The notes under the pieces: generated by a model
Seen by the model: the letters and a program-made list of their open reading frames with translations, nothing else
Databases searched by the model: none
Told to the model about the DNA's origin: nothing
Made by a program: the position numbers and the translations under genes
Shown here: positions 34,021 to 47,314 of the stretch, in pieces
How positions within the stretch are numbered: position 1 is the stretch's first letter
Layout of the letters: the number at the start of each line of letters is the position of its first letter
NCBI GenBank assembly: GCA_963825865.1
Contig: CAWGVG010000026.1
Coordinates: 215,448-279,447, forward strand
Source of the DNA: an uncultured Nitrososphaeraceae archaeon
GTDB lineage: Archaea > Thermoproteota > Nitrososphaeria > Nitrososphaerales > Nitrososphaeraceae
Direction of reading: 5' to 3'
Length of the DNA: 64,000 nt

Positions 34021-34637
34021 CTACCAACTCATTCCTTTCACGTAGATTTATAGAGTGTTATGTTATTAAAGTTAGATCATAGCTTTAATGGGTGGTATAT
34101 AAACTACAAGAATAACGATTTGTTTATACGGGTAGCAACACCTAGCACGAAATATGATGTATGCTTAATATCATAATATACTGAGTATAGTTCACTGGTT
34201 AGGATGCACGGCGGTGCGGTGGCTTTTCTAATGAAATCAAGACCTCTAACTGGAATACCAACCAATTCTGCAAAAGAAGGTAATGCTAATAAATCACATA
34301 TCTGCTTTAGCGTTTTTCAGTTATTTTATTTATCACATCATGGCGCATTTTTTCGATTCTAGGTATCAGTTTAGACATTTGTATGGGAAGTGGAGTAAAG
34401 GCCGAAAATATGACTCTACATAACTGGCCAGCTAGCCAAACCAGCCCAACTCTGGTCTTCTTCTAGTCTATTCTTGTGTTTTTAAGCTATATTTCCGCTT
34501 CTATTTCCTGTAAGACATACGCTTAGGTGTAGAGGGTATTCCTTAAATCCAATATAAAAAAATTATCTCCTAATAAAGACACATTTAACATAAAATGGCT
34601 CAAAGTCTTTTTATTTCACAAAATTATTCTTATCGAT

Positions 34638-34907
34638 ATGCAGAAGACCCCCGATATTGGGTGTTATAATCTAAAACACAGAACTGAAGATGAAATAACT
34701 GCACTTATTCTTGGAGCTGCCAATAAGTGCACAATGAGAAAAACAAGGTTAATGTGTGAAGCATTCTTATCCTACAGCCAGATAGAAGATTATCTAGCAC
34801 TTTTGAGTGAAAAGGGCCTCTTGGAATATCAAAGAGGAACTATGACGCACAGAACGACAGAAAAGGGTAAACATTTCCTGGAAAAAGTATATATGCATGC
34901 TAGCTAA
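34638..34907 (+). CDS. Winged-helix regulator (HTH_45-like)
   Basis: KTRLMCEAFLSYSQIEDYL...TTEKGKHFL. Confidence 0.85.
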   Translation: MQKTPDIGCYNLKHRTEDEITALILGAANKCTMRKTRLMCEAFLSYSQIEDYLALLSEKGLLEYQRGTMTHRTTEKGKHFLEKVYMHAS

Positions 34908-36103
34908 GATTGTGCCCGCCATTTTGTACATAGTTATTAGAACCTTGACATCCATTAGAGTCTTGGTCTTCATGAGTTGATGATTATTTATCGAATACGT
35001 TGGCTGCGGACTAATATGTTGCTACGATGCCAATGCTCACATTATAGCTGCAATAACAGCTGTTTCTGCTTCTGTTAGTGTTATTATCACAGCTACAATA
35101 TTTTGATACTTTGTAGTTTGTTTTTATTCATCTTTTTTTACAATTTTATCATTCGTTATACATTCTCAACAGAATGGCTGCGAACGAGAGTCCAGCTAAC
35201 ACAGTTGGAGTCTCAAAGTCAGAGTGCTAAAAAGAGATCCTAAAAAATAATTTAATATCAAAAACAAAATTTACAAAATAATGGTAAAGGTTAAAAGAAT
35301 ATTCTAAAATACCCGAAGGATTACTATTCTATATTCTATCGTAGTTGGGATATGCGAATGTTCTCATTATCTTCTTTTTTAATTAATGCTTTAAAGAATA
35401 TCAAGATTTATGAAGTAATGCTTTCTCTCCTGTACTTTAGGCACATCCATACCAATAATCCAGCATTGTTTGTAATTTAAGATTAGAACTATAATACGAT
35501 AGGCAAGTGGGATATGAACCAATAAGGACCCATGCCTATCGTCGTTTTTGCAAACCACAGTTATGAACTAGTGGTCAAGTTTCTTATCACGAATCAATAA
35601 TTAGGCCTTTTGTGATATTAATTAGTAAATAACCAGATATCGGACATAATGAATTTATAAATCCCTTTTGTGGATAAATAAAACACGAATACCGCAGATT
35701 AACTTTTAGAACTTTTAGATAAGAATAATGCCATTAGATGACTCAACTTGTGGGCATGTTTGATTTCGCCAGTTTATTTATACCACTAGTATTACTTTTT
35801 TATACCTTCTCAATAAAGGTTTTGTTATCTCTGTTGCAAAATGCACAAGGTTAGTATATTTTGCAGAGTGATCATCCACTCAAGCCAAAGTCATCCTATT
35901 ACTAGATGTTTTTGTTTTTCATTCTAGCTATATCTGAATGCTAGCGAGCCAATATTCAGCAGACTAATAAGGAATAGTGTTGTCTACAAAATTAATACAA
36001 AAGCATTATAACTCGATAGTTGCTAACTAAAACATCATCATAGACTTTCCCTTAATTTTGTATTATCTTATATTTTTATCTATATTGGGAACTTTCTATC
36101 AAA

Positions 36104-37822
36104 ATGACTAAGATAATTATAAAAATGTTATCGAGTTATTCTACTTATCTGATAAATCGTTCCAATACAGAAAATGGTGTTGCTAAGATATTGCTTGGGA
36201 CAGAGAATGTAATAGACGCAATACTAAAGCTTTTTGTTAAGGCACAATATCAAATAGATTTCTGTGGTAATTCTGAATTTCCATTAAAGGTTTCTTCACT
36301 TGAATTAATAAAAAGTGCAAGACTTGATGCTAAAAAAAGAGGTATAAAACTAAGATATATTATCGAAATTACAAACGAAAATATCTCTTACTGTAAGAAG
36401 CTTATGAAAACAGTTGAGCTTTGTCATTTGAATGGGATTAAAGGTAATTTTGGAATAATTGATGGAACACAATATATGGCTACTGCAAGCCATATAGGAG
36501 CATCACACCCGCTGGAACAAGCTATTTACAGCAATGCCAGAGTATTTGTAGAACTGCAGCAATATCTATTTGAAGCTTTATGGAGCAAGGCTATACCAGC
36601 TCAGCAGAAAATTAGACAACTTGAGGAAGGAATAGAAGCAGAATTTTATGAAGTTATTACAGACAATGAAAAAGCACAGAATCTTTACATTGATTTTGCA
36701 AAGTCAATAGAGAAAGAAGCTCTATTTCTTCTAGCTGATAGTAAGGCCCTATATAGGGCTGACAGACTAGGAGTTGTGGACCTTTTAATCAAAGCATCAG
36801 AAGAAAATGGCGCTGCAATAAGACTCATCTGTCCATTAACTGCGGAAAATTCAGAAATTGTCAAAAGAATATCCGAAAGGGCACCAAATATAAGAATTCT
36901 CGATGGCGGATGTTCCCACTCTGGACTATTGATAGTTGATAGTAAAAAGTTTCTAAGATTTGAGCTCCAAGAATCAGAGGCTGAAAACTTTTCCCAGGCA
37001 ATTGGTTTTCTAGTATACTCGAATAGTAAGCTCAGTATTAACTCATCTAAATCATTTTTTGAGTTACTCTGGAATGAACATCTTCAATATGAAAAACTAA
37101 AAGAAGCAAATAAGATGAAAAGCGAATTTATAAATACAGCTGCCCATGAACTGCGAACCCCAATACAACCTATAATTGGTTTCTTACATGTTGTCCAATC
37201 TAAAATAAAAGATGTCGAACAGTATGAATTACTAGGTGTTGTAATCAAAAATGCGGACAGATTACAGCGGCTCGCAAATGATATATTAGATGTCACAATG
37301 ATTGAAAGCAACTCACTAATTTTGAAAAAAGAACAATTCAGTATAACTGATGTAGTCTCTACCTTAGTAGAGGATTTGAGAAATAAAGTTGAAAAAGCCA
37401 ATGATGGAAGGGTAAGATTAGTCTATGAGCAATATACTGAAAACAATATTGTTGTCGAAGGAGATTCAGAACGAATAGCCCAAGCCATATCCAACTTACT
37501 AGACAATGCTACCAAGTTCACTAAAGAAGGATCTATTTCAATTAAAGTAGAAAAAGAAGAAAAAGGAGATAACGAAAACAATGGTCATGTCACTATTAGT
37601 GTAAAGGATACAGGAAAGGGAATAGATCCTGAAATAATTCCTAGATTGTTTACAAAATTTGCCACCAAATCTTTTAAAGGTACAGGGCTGGGATTGTTCA
37701 TATCAAAAAGTATCATAGAAGCTCATGGTGGCAGAATATGGGCCAATAACAATCCAGATAAAGGGGCGACCTTTACTTTTACTCTTCCAATGCTAAAAAA
37801 TAGATACGTAATTAACACTTAG
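36104..37822 (+). CDS. Cytoplasmic sensor histidine kinase, intact, close paralogue of 18098-19792
   Basis: [27 protein letters not shown] and GTGLGL. The input domain is shared (LADSKALYRAD.LG, ILDGGCSHSGL). Confidence 0.95.
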   Translation: MTKIIIKMLSSYSTYLINRSNTENGVAKILLGTENVIDAILKLFVKAQYQIDFCGNSEFPLKVSSLELIKSARLDAKKRGIKLRYIIEITNENISYCKKLMKTVELCHLNGIKGNFGIIDGTQYMATASHIGASHPLEQAIYSNARVFVELQQYLFEALWSKAIPAQQKIRQLEEGIEAEFYEVITDNEKAQNLYIDFAKSIEKEALFLLADSKALYRADRLGVVDLLIKASEENGAAIRLICPLTAENSEIVKRISERAPNIRILDGGCSHSGLLIVDSKKFLRFELQESEAENFSQAIGFLVYSNSKLSINSSKSFFELLWNEHLQYEKLKEANKMKSEFINTAAHELRTPIQPIIGFLHVVQSKIKDVEQYELLGVVIKNADRLQRLANDILDVTMIESNSLILKKEQFSITDVVSTLVEDLRNKVEKANDGRVRLVYEQYTENNIVVEGDSERIAQAISNLLDNATKFTKEGSISIKVEKEEKGDNENNGHVTISVKDTGKGIDPEIIPRLFTKFATKSFKGTGLGLFISKSIIEAHGGRIWANNNPDKGATFTFTLPMLKNRYVINT

Positions 37823-38200
37823 CATACTTAGAGAGCATGCATAATGTGGGCAAGTATGTGCAGATACTAAAAAAGAGTGAATTGGGGATTTTTCTTGGAG
37901 ATTCAGGCTTTTTCTTCACTGATTTTGATATATTCGTATTAGAAACAAGAAAGAAGTTAGGAAAGAAAAAGAGTTATTATTTGATATTCTTTCCAAGTTG
38001 GCTTACGCTCGTGTCATCTTTGAAACTCTTTCATTCAAGCCATTACTGTTTTGATTTTGTCCGCTCAAACTATCTTGCCCTTTTGAAGGGCATTGTAGGA
38101 TTCTCGATCATAAAAGGTTACGAAATTAGAGTTAAATAAAAATTATAACTCTATTTTCAAGAGAATAAATTATAACAATACAATATCTTTTCTTTTACTT

Positions 38201-38752
38201 TTATACTTTTTGAATAAAATAGCCATATAGAAGAGCAGAAACTGTGACAGCACTTTTGATCCTTCCATTATTTAATTCCTGCATTACCTGCTCTCTATTT
38301 ACTTTAGAAATCTTTATGTATTCAAATTCCTCTAGTCTTTGCTTTAATTGGATCTTTTCCAATCCTTTTGCTATAAATACAAAGTTTCTTTGTGTTGCCC
38401 TTCCTGGCCATGTGTAAAACCAGTTGATATATTGCAGAGTATCGCATGTATATCCAGTTTCTTCGAGTAACTCTCTTTTTGCTGCATCAGATGGTCTTTG
38501 TCGCTCTTGTCCTTCAATTCCTCTAATTAATCCTCCTGGTAACTCCAGCAGTTTTGTACCGACTCCATGGCGATAATTCTCAAGCATCAATAAGGATCCG
38601 TCTTCAAATATTGGTACTATAGTTGCAGCATCGTCTACATTTATTCTGTTAAAAATTCCGACTATTCCTAGTTCTTCATCAATTACCGAGTCCTCTAAGA
38701 CTACCATCCATTTATTCCTGTATACTGTTTTGGAACTTTTCAGTTTATACAT
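38201..38752 (-). CDS. NUDIX hydrolase (ADP-ribose pyrophosphatase-like)
   Basis: LELPGG...AAKRELLEETGY. Confidence 0.92.
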   Translation of the reverse strand: MYKLKSSKTVYRNKWMVVLEDSVIDEELGIVGIFNRINVDDAATIVPIFEDGSLLMLENYRHGVGTKLLELPGGLIRGIEGQERQRPSDAAKRELLEETGYTCDTLQYINWFYTWPGRATQRNFVFIAKGLEKIQLKQRLEEFEYIKISKVNREQVMQELNNGRIKSAVTVSALLYGYFIQKV

Positions 38753-39323
38753 TATACTAGAAATTCACTTATTTCTTAAAGAAGAATATCTCATTTATTT
38801 GTGTGGCTCTTTCTAAGCTATTGTATTACAATATATTATGACTAGGCGATAGAAGATAAGATATCACATCCTTCATTTATCAGATGTTTGAGGCAAACAG
38901 CCTATGAGAACTTTAATTTCATTCATAGCTTCATAATACCATTTACAATACCAACCACCGACGATTATATGCTGGCAACTTTAACTTTTATCTATGCTCT
39001 GCTAGTAGGCTCTCATTCATAACATAAGATTATCATTGTTACCCTGAGATATGCTGAATGTGTCTGAAAACAGAAAAACTTGCGTTGCATTATGCTTTTA
39101 CAATTAGTGAACTAGATTAACTACGGTTTATTAAAGGAACTTTCAAAAAAGCAATATAGCCATTTATTTGTTCGTTTTTTCTGTTAAAAAAACGAGCCCT
39201 GTTAAAAAAAACTACAGATATTGTTAAACTTGAGACATTCAGGAGAAGGAGTGATAAGGCTAACTTATGGAGAATACAAAATGATCCTCCAATCCTCTCG
39301 ATCGATCATAATCGCAATTGCTG

Positions 39324-39620
39324 CTAATAAGACTTGCAGACACGAGTATAAGGAAAATATACGATTACAAACATCCAAATCCCTTGAAAAACACTAATTG
39401 CAATAACTGGCACATTCAAAAATGGCATGGACAGAAATGTAAGAATCATAATTGGATACCCAAATTTATGAAGCATGCCATAGTTTGCGCTATTCATCAC
39501 ATTCTTGTGTTTTAACAACGTCTGAAATATACCTCTACTCCAGAAGTCTCTGCTTATAAATATCCTTGAGACTTGTGGGCGCTTCTGTATAAGATATAGA
39601 AGAGCTCACTCTGAATTGTA
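39324..39620 (-). pseudogene. C-terminal remnant of a processive GT2 (IcaA/PgaC-like)
   Basis: YTEAPTSLKDIYKQRL-(W)SRGIFQTLLKHK (degenerate QxxRW) followed by TM helices. Confidence 0.6.
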
Positions 39621-40070
39621 GTAGCCACAGTAAATTTAACGGACATACTGGTTAAATAGAGAAAGTTATAGACAATTCTCACTCAGATATAGGCGCACAA
39701 CAGTTTGCTTTACAATATAACAAGTTCATACACGCAGCGTTATCAAGTAACTCTAATCTTTATACTCGGATTATATTGCTTTTTCATAACTAGTTACCGT
39801 TAGCAATCAGCATTTTTCTCGATCTTTTTATTAAAAATGCATTTATATGAAAATGGGTGTACAGAACATACGTTTTGAAACGTTTTAGCATCGAGATTTA
39901 TTGTTGTACCAGATACTATTAACATATACATCTACTATTTACCAAAATATGCCGTTTAGGTAGTATTGCATGAACATAATCATAATTATAAGCATTTCTA
40001 TCTAATTAGGTGGACAAATATCAACTAGAGAGAACATGGCTTTATATACATTGGTCATCTCTGAAAATAC

Positions 40071-40995
40071 ATGATTTCCCAAGGTAATGACATTCAAATA
40101 TTGGTTTGTATTCCAGCTTTTAATGAAGCAAAGACTATTACAGAAATCGTTGAAAAGGCAAAAAAATACGCCGCAGAAGTCGTAGTATATGATGATGGTT
40201 CCATCGATAACACTAGTGAAGTAGCAAGAGCTTCAGGGGCCACTGGTTCTATCATCTTCAAGGAACAAAGGATATGGTGTCGCTATTAGGGCGTTATTTC
40301 AGATCGCCAGGGAAAAAAACGCAGATGTTATGGTTACATTAGATTCTGATGGCCAACATGATCCGGATCAAATACCAGCTCTTTTGGAACCCATACTGAA
40401 AGAGGATTTTGATATAGTTATTGGTTCCAGATTTCTTGCTCCTCAAGGCACAGGCAATTACAAAATTCCTTCTTACAGAACATTTGGTATCAGAACTATA
40501 ACAAGGTTCACACGAGCTGTTTCATACAATGGAATTACAGATGCTCAAAGTGGTTTTAGAGCTTATAATAAGAATTCCATATCTAAGATAAATTTGTTCG
40601 AAGACGGAATGGCCGTCTCCACGGAAATACTAATGCGAGCTAAAGAAAAAAACCTGTCAATAAAAGAGGCACCTATTACAATCTCTTACGATGTTAGTGA
40701 TCCTTCTACCCATAATCCTTTTTTTCATGGTGTTGGAGTATTATATAGTGTTATTCAATTTATTTCACTACGTCACCCATTAGCATTCTATGGATTACCA
40801 GGTGTGGTACTGCTTGTAACAGCTGGAGCTTTCCTAAGTAAGGCATTAGAACTGTTCTCTGCTACCAGATATGTGTCGACTAATTTGATACTCATTTCTT
40901 TGGGTATGGCAATGATAGGAGTAATGTTGCTGTCTACGGGTGCAATTTTGCATACATTAATAGCCTTATTCAAGGGAAAAATAAAAGAAACTTGA
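40071..40995 (+). CDS. GT2 dolichol-phosphate glycosyltransferase-like protein, frameshift near 40255
   Basis: IPAFNE, YDDGS.D, VTLDSDGQH, IGSRF, TDAQSGFRAY and C-terminal TM helices. Confidence 0.9.
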
Positions 40996-41149
40996 CGCGC
41001 ATTTTACGTGATATTTGTCTAGCAAGTAATGTACCCTATTCATTACTCGGATTATATCCTGTACAGGATTTCTTATCGTGAATATTCAATTTTTTCGACA
41101 AAAGCCAAACTTAACATTATAATATTTATCCGAGTAATTACGAATATAG

Positions 41150-42352
41150 TATGGAACATAAATATAAGGGTACTACATGTTTCGCCTTCTTTTCCACCAG
41201 ATAAAGGCGGAATAGCAAATCATGTATCGAACCTTTGTATTTACTTGACTAAACAAGGTAATAATATATCTATAATTGCCCCAAAAAGCATACACAATAA
41301 GATAGAATCGAAAGTAAAAGGCTTTGAACACATTCATCGAACAAGTTCTTTTTACCTTCCGAGATGGCCATATCCTACTTTGAGAAGTGTTAGCATTCCT
41401 ATAGATCTTGGCCTAAGAATGGGTTCATTTATACAGAAGGGATCTTTTGATATTATCCATGCTCATGGACACCATTATCCTATATCATGGCTAGCAATAA
41501 ATTATGCAAAAAAATATGATGTTCCATGTGTATTGACATTACATGGCGGCATGTATTCACTAAATCCATACAATTTGGGCGGAAAAACCATATTTGAACA
41601 AGTATTTAACAAATATGTGCTTTCAAGAATTTTAGCAGCGACGGATGCAGTAGTCGGCTTAACTAAGCAGATCACTCGACTTCGCTAAAGAATTTTCAAG
41701 ACAATCCACTACCAAATATCTCACAATTCCAAATGGAGTGAATACTTACATATACAAAGAAAACCTGATTAGGAAAAAAGAATATCGCCTTAAATATGAG
41801 CTTCGTCAAGATAGCATAGTAATACTTTTCAGCGGTCGTTTTGAGCATGTTAAAGGAATTATTGAGTTTACAAAAGCTGTTAAAAAGATCATAAAAAATA
41901 AAGGCAAAGATATAGAGGTCGTTATTGTTGGAAGCGGTACATTAGAGAACGATATCAAGTCAATTCTACATGACACTGATAACATACATCTGCTGGGATG
42001 GCAATCACCGGATCATATACATGAAATATATATTGCATCGGACATATTTGTAAATCCCTCTAAGTTTGAAGGACTACCTATAACTATAATCGAAGCTATG
42101 AATGCATGTTTGCACATAGTATATACTCCTGTAGGAGGCGTACCAGATATATTGCAAGGATATTCTCCAAAAACAATGCTTACAAAAACTTCAAGTGACG
42201 AGATACAAAATGTTTTGTCTACTTTACTTGACCGTTATAATTCATTATCTACGACTAATAATATTGGCAATTCTTTTGCCTATGCGCAGAAATTCGACTG
42301 GAATAATATAGCATATCAAGTAAATTGTGTATACAAGGAATTAAGGCTATGA
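41150..42352 (+). CDS. GT4 glycosyltransferase, frameshift near 41677 (start approximate)
   Basis: FPPDKGGIANHV, DIIHAH, FSGRFEHVKG and PSKFEGLPITIIEAM. Confidence 0.88.
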
Positions 42353-42371
42353 TATATATATATATATATAT
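42352..42371. repeat. (AT)10 microsatellite between convergent genes
   Basis: Read directly from the sequence. Confidence 0.9.
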
Positions 42372-42390
42372 AAATAATACACTCTGGTTC

Positions 42391-43635
42391 TTATCTATCA
42401 TTTTTCTTCCTACATAACTCATTATAATATTGCACGATATTGGGAAAAACTATATCTTCGTTATACTGGCTTGCTTTAATTTTTGCATTATTTCCTAATT
42501 TCAGCCGAAATAAATAGTCGTTAGATAGCAGTTGAATGGCTCGTTCAAGCTCTTCTGGATTATATGGGTTTATGAGTAAAGCTTCTTTGTTATGGGTTAC
42601 TAATTCGTGATTTGCAGGAATATCGCTACATATGACAGCCCGGCCCGAAGCCATAGCTTCCAACAATGCAGTTGATAAGCCCTCTGTATACGAAGGAAGT
42701 ACGAAAATATCAAAACCTGAGAGGATTTTGCCAATATCATATCTTGTGCCACAAAAAATGACTTTGTCAATAATGCCTCTTTCGCTTATGCACTTTTTTA
42801 GTTGAGCTTCTAATGGTCCACTCCCTACTAATATCAGCTTTAGTAAAGGATCCTTTGTGTACTGCATAGGCAAACGAAATTAGTAAAGTAAGAAGATTTT
42901 TTTCAGGTGAAAGTCTTCCTACAAATCCAATGACTATTGTCTTTTTGTCTATTCCTAAATCTTTGCGTATTGTCTCTCTATTTACTTGGGAAAATTCAAA
43001 ATGCTTTAATTTTATGGGTATTGGTATAACTTTAATTTTAATTTCTTTAGAGGCTATTTGCTCATAATAGTTCTTTATCGAAGAATTAACTGCTATTATC
43101 CCATCTGCATTCTTTATTGTAAAAAGATCCAGACTGTATTCAACTTTAAGTAAGATCTTTTTAAATGTACTATGGATGTTTAATTCTAGAGTTTTATGTC
43201 GTATACCATGCGAAGATACTATAACAGGAATTCTTAGGATTCTCCCTGAAATTACTGCTGCCTAGACCTGCATAACCTGTGTCTTGCGAATGAATTGCTG
43301 TCATAGGAGATTTTATATTTATTGATAAAATTTTTAGAGTCCAAAGTAGCGATTTTAATAGTCTGGAAGGCAAAAATACGAAATATGGAGCACTTAACGT
43401 CCTGATTTTTTTTGGTCTTGCAGTCATCGTTATTTTTTCATCATTTTCTTCCTGAGCAAATTTAGATAGGTGTTTGGTCTTTATCCCTACTAAGCTCGCT
43501 TCCCATCAAAGTTACTTCATGTGTTTGTTTGGCAAGCCAGTTACCAAGCGAAATTGTGAATCGTTCTTCTCCTCCATACAAAATCTCGAATATTCTACCA
43601 GTGGTCAAAAGGCATATGTGTTGTCTTTTAATCAT
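42391..43635 (-). CDS. GT4 glycosyltransferase with several indels
   Basis: YGGEERFT at the N-terminus, IHSQDTGYAG, GFVGRLSPEK and LPSYTEGLSTALLEAMASG. Confidence 0.85.
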
Positions 43636-43703
43636 TCATAATCAACCGATAGTTTTCAATATTGGGCTGTACTAATATATAAATAAGGATAGTTTGATTT
43701 TTA

Positions 43704-44813
43704 TTATCTTTTCCTTTCTATTACATTGATTACCATCCTAGAAACACCGACCTTGCCAAATAAATTTTGAGTTGACTTAAACCTCTGAAGAACATCATTG
43801 TAATTTAGTTCAAGACAGTTTACAATCTCATTAATTCGCTCTGCTTTATGCCCTGCCAAAAAGTTCATACCTAAGTCTACTGTCTCAACCCATTCGGTTG
43901 TATTTCTTAATGTTATGCAAGGAGTACCCAAGAGAGCTGCCTCTTGTTGAATCCCTCCAGAATCAGTTAATGCGAATCTTGCATGCTTAATAAGGCTCAG
44001 GGATTCAAGATAACCTATTGGTTGTATTACATTCAAGTTTTTCAGATAATTTTTAAGATTAAATCTGTCTATTTGTAATTCAGTATGTGGATGACAAGGA
44101 AAAATCACTAGCATCTTTTGTGATAGGCGATCTAATGCAGCTAATATCTCACTAATTCTTTCTCTATTTTCTATATTTTCTCTCCTATGAACTGTTACTA
44201 AAGCGTACTCTTGATCTTTATTTTTTAATTTTCCTAGTTTGTGATCATTAGCTTTATTATTTTCTGGTATTCTATTTCTAATCTGTTCTATCAGATCAAC
44301 TATTGGATGCCCTGTTAGAAAAATTTGAGAAGAGATTACTCCTTCTCTCAAAAGGTTTTTAATGCAAGTAGAAGTAGGAGCAAAATGTAAACTAGCAACA
44401 TCTGAAATGAGCATCCTATTAATTTCCTCAGGCATGGTTTTGTCAAAAGATCTACAGCCAGCTTCTATATGTCCAACAGAGAGGCCCAATTTAGAGGATG
44501 CAATTGCAGCTCCCAAGGCAGAATTAGTATCGCCCTGTACTAATACTATATCAGGTCTTACTCTTCTTAGAATACTTTCAGATTTAGCAATTATATTCCC
44601 TGTTTGAATACCTTGTGATACTGATTTGACATTAAGAAAATAATTTGGTTTTGGAAGTTCTAGTTCGTTAAGAAAAATGTCTGACATACTAAAGTCATAG
44701 TGTTGACCTGTGTGAACAAAAACAAGTTCATGTTCGCTTTTCTGAATCTCCTTTATTATAGGCTGCATTTTTATTATTTCCGGTCGAGTTCCTACAAACG
44801 CTGCTATCTTCAT
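43704..44813 (-). CDS. wecB: UDP-N-acetylglucosamine 2-epimerase (non-hydrolysing)
   Basis: GTRPEIIK, HTGQHYD, VQGDTNS, HIEAG.RS, PEEINR, HRREN and TDSGGIQQEA. Confidence 0.96.
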   Translation of the reverse strand: MKIAAFVGTRPEIIKMQPIIKEIQKSEHELVFVHTGQHYDFSMSDIFLNELELPKPNYFLNVKSVSQGIQTGNIIAKSESILRRVRPDIVLVQGDTNSALGAAIASSKLGLSVGHIEAGCRSFDKTMPEEINRMLISDVASLHFAPTSTCIKNLLREGVISSQIFLTGHPIVDLIEQIRNRIPENNKANDHKLGKLKNKDQEYALVTVHRRENIENRERISEILAALDRLSQKMLVIFPCHPHTELQIDRFNLKNYLKNLNVIQPIGYLESLSLIKHARFALTDSGGIQQEAALLGTPCITLRNTTEWVETVDLGMNFLAGHKAERINEIVNCLELNYNDVLQRFKSTQNLFGKVGVSRMVINVIERKR

Positions 44814-45215
44814 ATTATTTTCTCACTCTTGCAGTTTTTGTACAGCCCTTTACTCTTCTGCAGCTGTATTTTATAGATGTGCTTCATATATATACGGTTC
44901 TAATTCTTTGCAATTTCAACATTTCTTCTGGCAGTATTGATTTTTATCAGAGCGGGCATAATCTGGTTCTCCATTTTTTAAGTTAGTTTTTTTCTGGTTG
45001 ATTAACTCCCTAGCACTGTTTTACAGTTGTAGTAATAGATCATTACCTGATAGATATATCAATACAGATAGCAGTACTATTTCAGATGCTTTTTTGGTAT
45101 CCTCTTATTGATAAAGGATCTATTTTCAAGAAAATTGTAGTATACTGAGATTGAATAGAAAATAAGTCTATAGAACTAAAATTAATCATTTACGTTATTT
45201 TGTCGTAGTGTGTGC

Positions 45216-46356
45216 TTACGTGTTTTCTCTAATACTTTGTGCTATACGTTCAATATCTTGCTCTGTTACAAATGGATGAACAGGAAGAGATAGAACGTGT
45301 TCACTGGCCCAGTTAGTTTTAGATAGGTTATTTTTCGTTAATGGAGGTAGAGTTTCATAATATGGGGTCTTGTGAACTGGAGGGTCATAGTATACGGTAA
45401 CACCAATTTTATCGTTTATCATTCTCTCTTTGACTTGGTCTCTTTGACCGTTATTTTGAAAGGCGACGGTATATAGATACCAATTGAATTTTTTTTCATC
45501 AGTTTCTTCAGGCAGCCTTATTTTACTTTTATCAACAATAGGAAAGAGTAATTTTGTCAGCAGTTCTGCATTTTTTCTCCTTGAATCTAACATTTTTTGC
45601 AGCTTGCTCATTTGAGCCTTGGCAATAGCAGCGCTCAGTTCTGGCAACCTGAGGTTAAGACCCAAAATTCGGGTATCGTATCCTTCAACCATACCATGAT
45701 TTCTAATCATCTTTAGCTTGTCTGCAAGATTATCATTATTTGTCGCAACCGCTCCACCTTCACCGCACGTCAATACTTTGCTTGCATATAGACTAAAGCG
45801 AGCCCATCATACCTAAAGTTCCAGTAAGTTTCTTTTTGTATATAGAGCCAAGTGACTGGCAAGCATCTTCAATTATATGTAGTGAATGTTTTTCAGCGAG
45901 TTCGATAATTTCATCCATCTCTGAAGGATGACCATACAGGTGGACAGGTATAATGGCTTTAGACTTGCTTGTAATTTTTGCCTTTAAATCTGAGACATCA
46001 ACAGTATAATCTTGCACATTGATATCTACAAAGATGGGTTTTGCACCAGCTGCCACTACAGAGTTTGCGGTAGCAACAAATGTAAATGATGGAAGTAAAA
46101 CCTCATCGCCTTGTTTGACATCTGCTGCAAGTAATGCTGCATACAACGACGCAGTTCCAGAATTAACAGCTATTACATGTTTCGCCTTTAGGTAATCCCT
46201 TAAAAGGGATTCAAAATCGCGAACTCTTTTTCCACCATCTTTAGCTGAGGAGGTTAAGGCATTTTCATCTAAAACACTCCTTATTTCATTTCTTTCTTCT
46301 TCACCTATCGAAGGCTTGTTTATTGAAATCATAGTTCTAATATTGTTTGAAGACAT
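45216..46356 (-). CDS. DegT/DnrJ/EryC1/StrS PLP-dependent sugar aminotransferase, frameshift near 45797
   Basis: NSGTASL, PSFTFVATAN, PVHLYG, IEDACQS, SKVLTCGEGG and LSLPVHP. Confidence 0.93.
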
Positions 46357-46478
46357 ATTCTATCAGCACACACCATTGACCAAAACTAGTCGACACATGT
46401 TACTACAACTTCTAGCTTGTAGCGTAATAGATATACCTACCTCCTTTTTACTTTCATATTATGCCATTGAACAAATCA

Positions 46479-47250
46479 TGGCATGACTATAACGAATGTT
46501 TGATTGAACGTGGACGTGTTTTAATTGATGTGGGTTTTATAAAATTATGGAATAAAGAAATCAAGAAGATGAATAATGACAAAATTGGAGCCATTTGTAT
46601 ATCCTGATAGCTATATCAAGTTTCTGGGTTTTCTGAAGGTTGGTTTTAAAACTCATTATCGTATGGTTCAAGGCATAGCTCGTGGACCATCGGAATATGT
46701 GAAGATACAAGAAATGCACATCCATCTAGATAAGACTACGCATGTTAAAGATTAAAGACATCTGTTATTGGTGGAGTTTCATTTAACAGATGAGGAACCT
46801 TTGACATTGATAGTGGATGCATCAGATCTAACAATATCAAAGAAGGGTGAATATATAGAGGAAAAATGGAAGCGAGAGAAAAAAGATTTCATCAAACTGC
46901 ATAATATTGCTGTAGATGAAAAGTCCAAAAAGGTGGTATCATTCAGAATAACGAAAGGAAATGTACATGAGACAAAAAAGTTTGGTCCTCTGGTAAAGGA
47001 ATCAGCTAAGAGACATGATATAGATAAGATGTATGGACTGGGATATGACGGATGGAAGGCAGCACAAGGATACAGGTAGAAGATGGATTGCAGAAATTGT
47101 CTTTTCCTCGCTAAAAAGAGTATTAGGAGAAGAGTTGTTTTCAAAGAAATTCAAAGCACAAAAAGTAGAGGCAAGATTAAAAGTGATTTTATACAACAAA
47201 TTTATGAGCCTATAGCAGATGCTTCAAAATCACTGTTTATACAACATGTG
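46479..47250 (+). mobile_element. Degenerate IS5-family transposase remnant
   Basis: WHDYNECLIERG, LIVDASDL, FIKLH.IAVD and RWIAEIVFSSLKR, with an internal deletion and stops. A decayed IR (ttatacaacatgtg) ends near 47250. Confidence 0.8.
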
Positions 47251-47314
47251 AAAGAAGAATTAAGAAACTATCTAATTTTCAAGACATCTTTGATGATGTG
47301 TTCTATCAATTGTT

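Noticed and set aside
39181-39211. ctgttaaaaaaa direct repeat
   Set aside because: Short and low-complexity, with only two copies.
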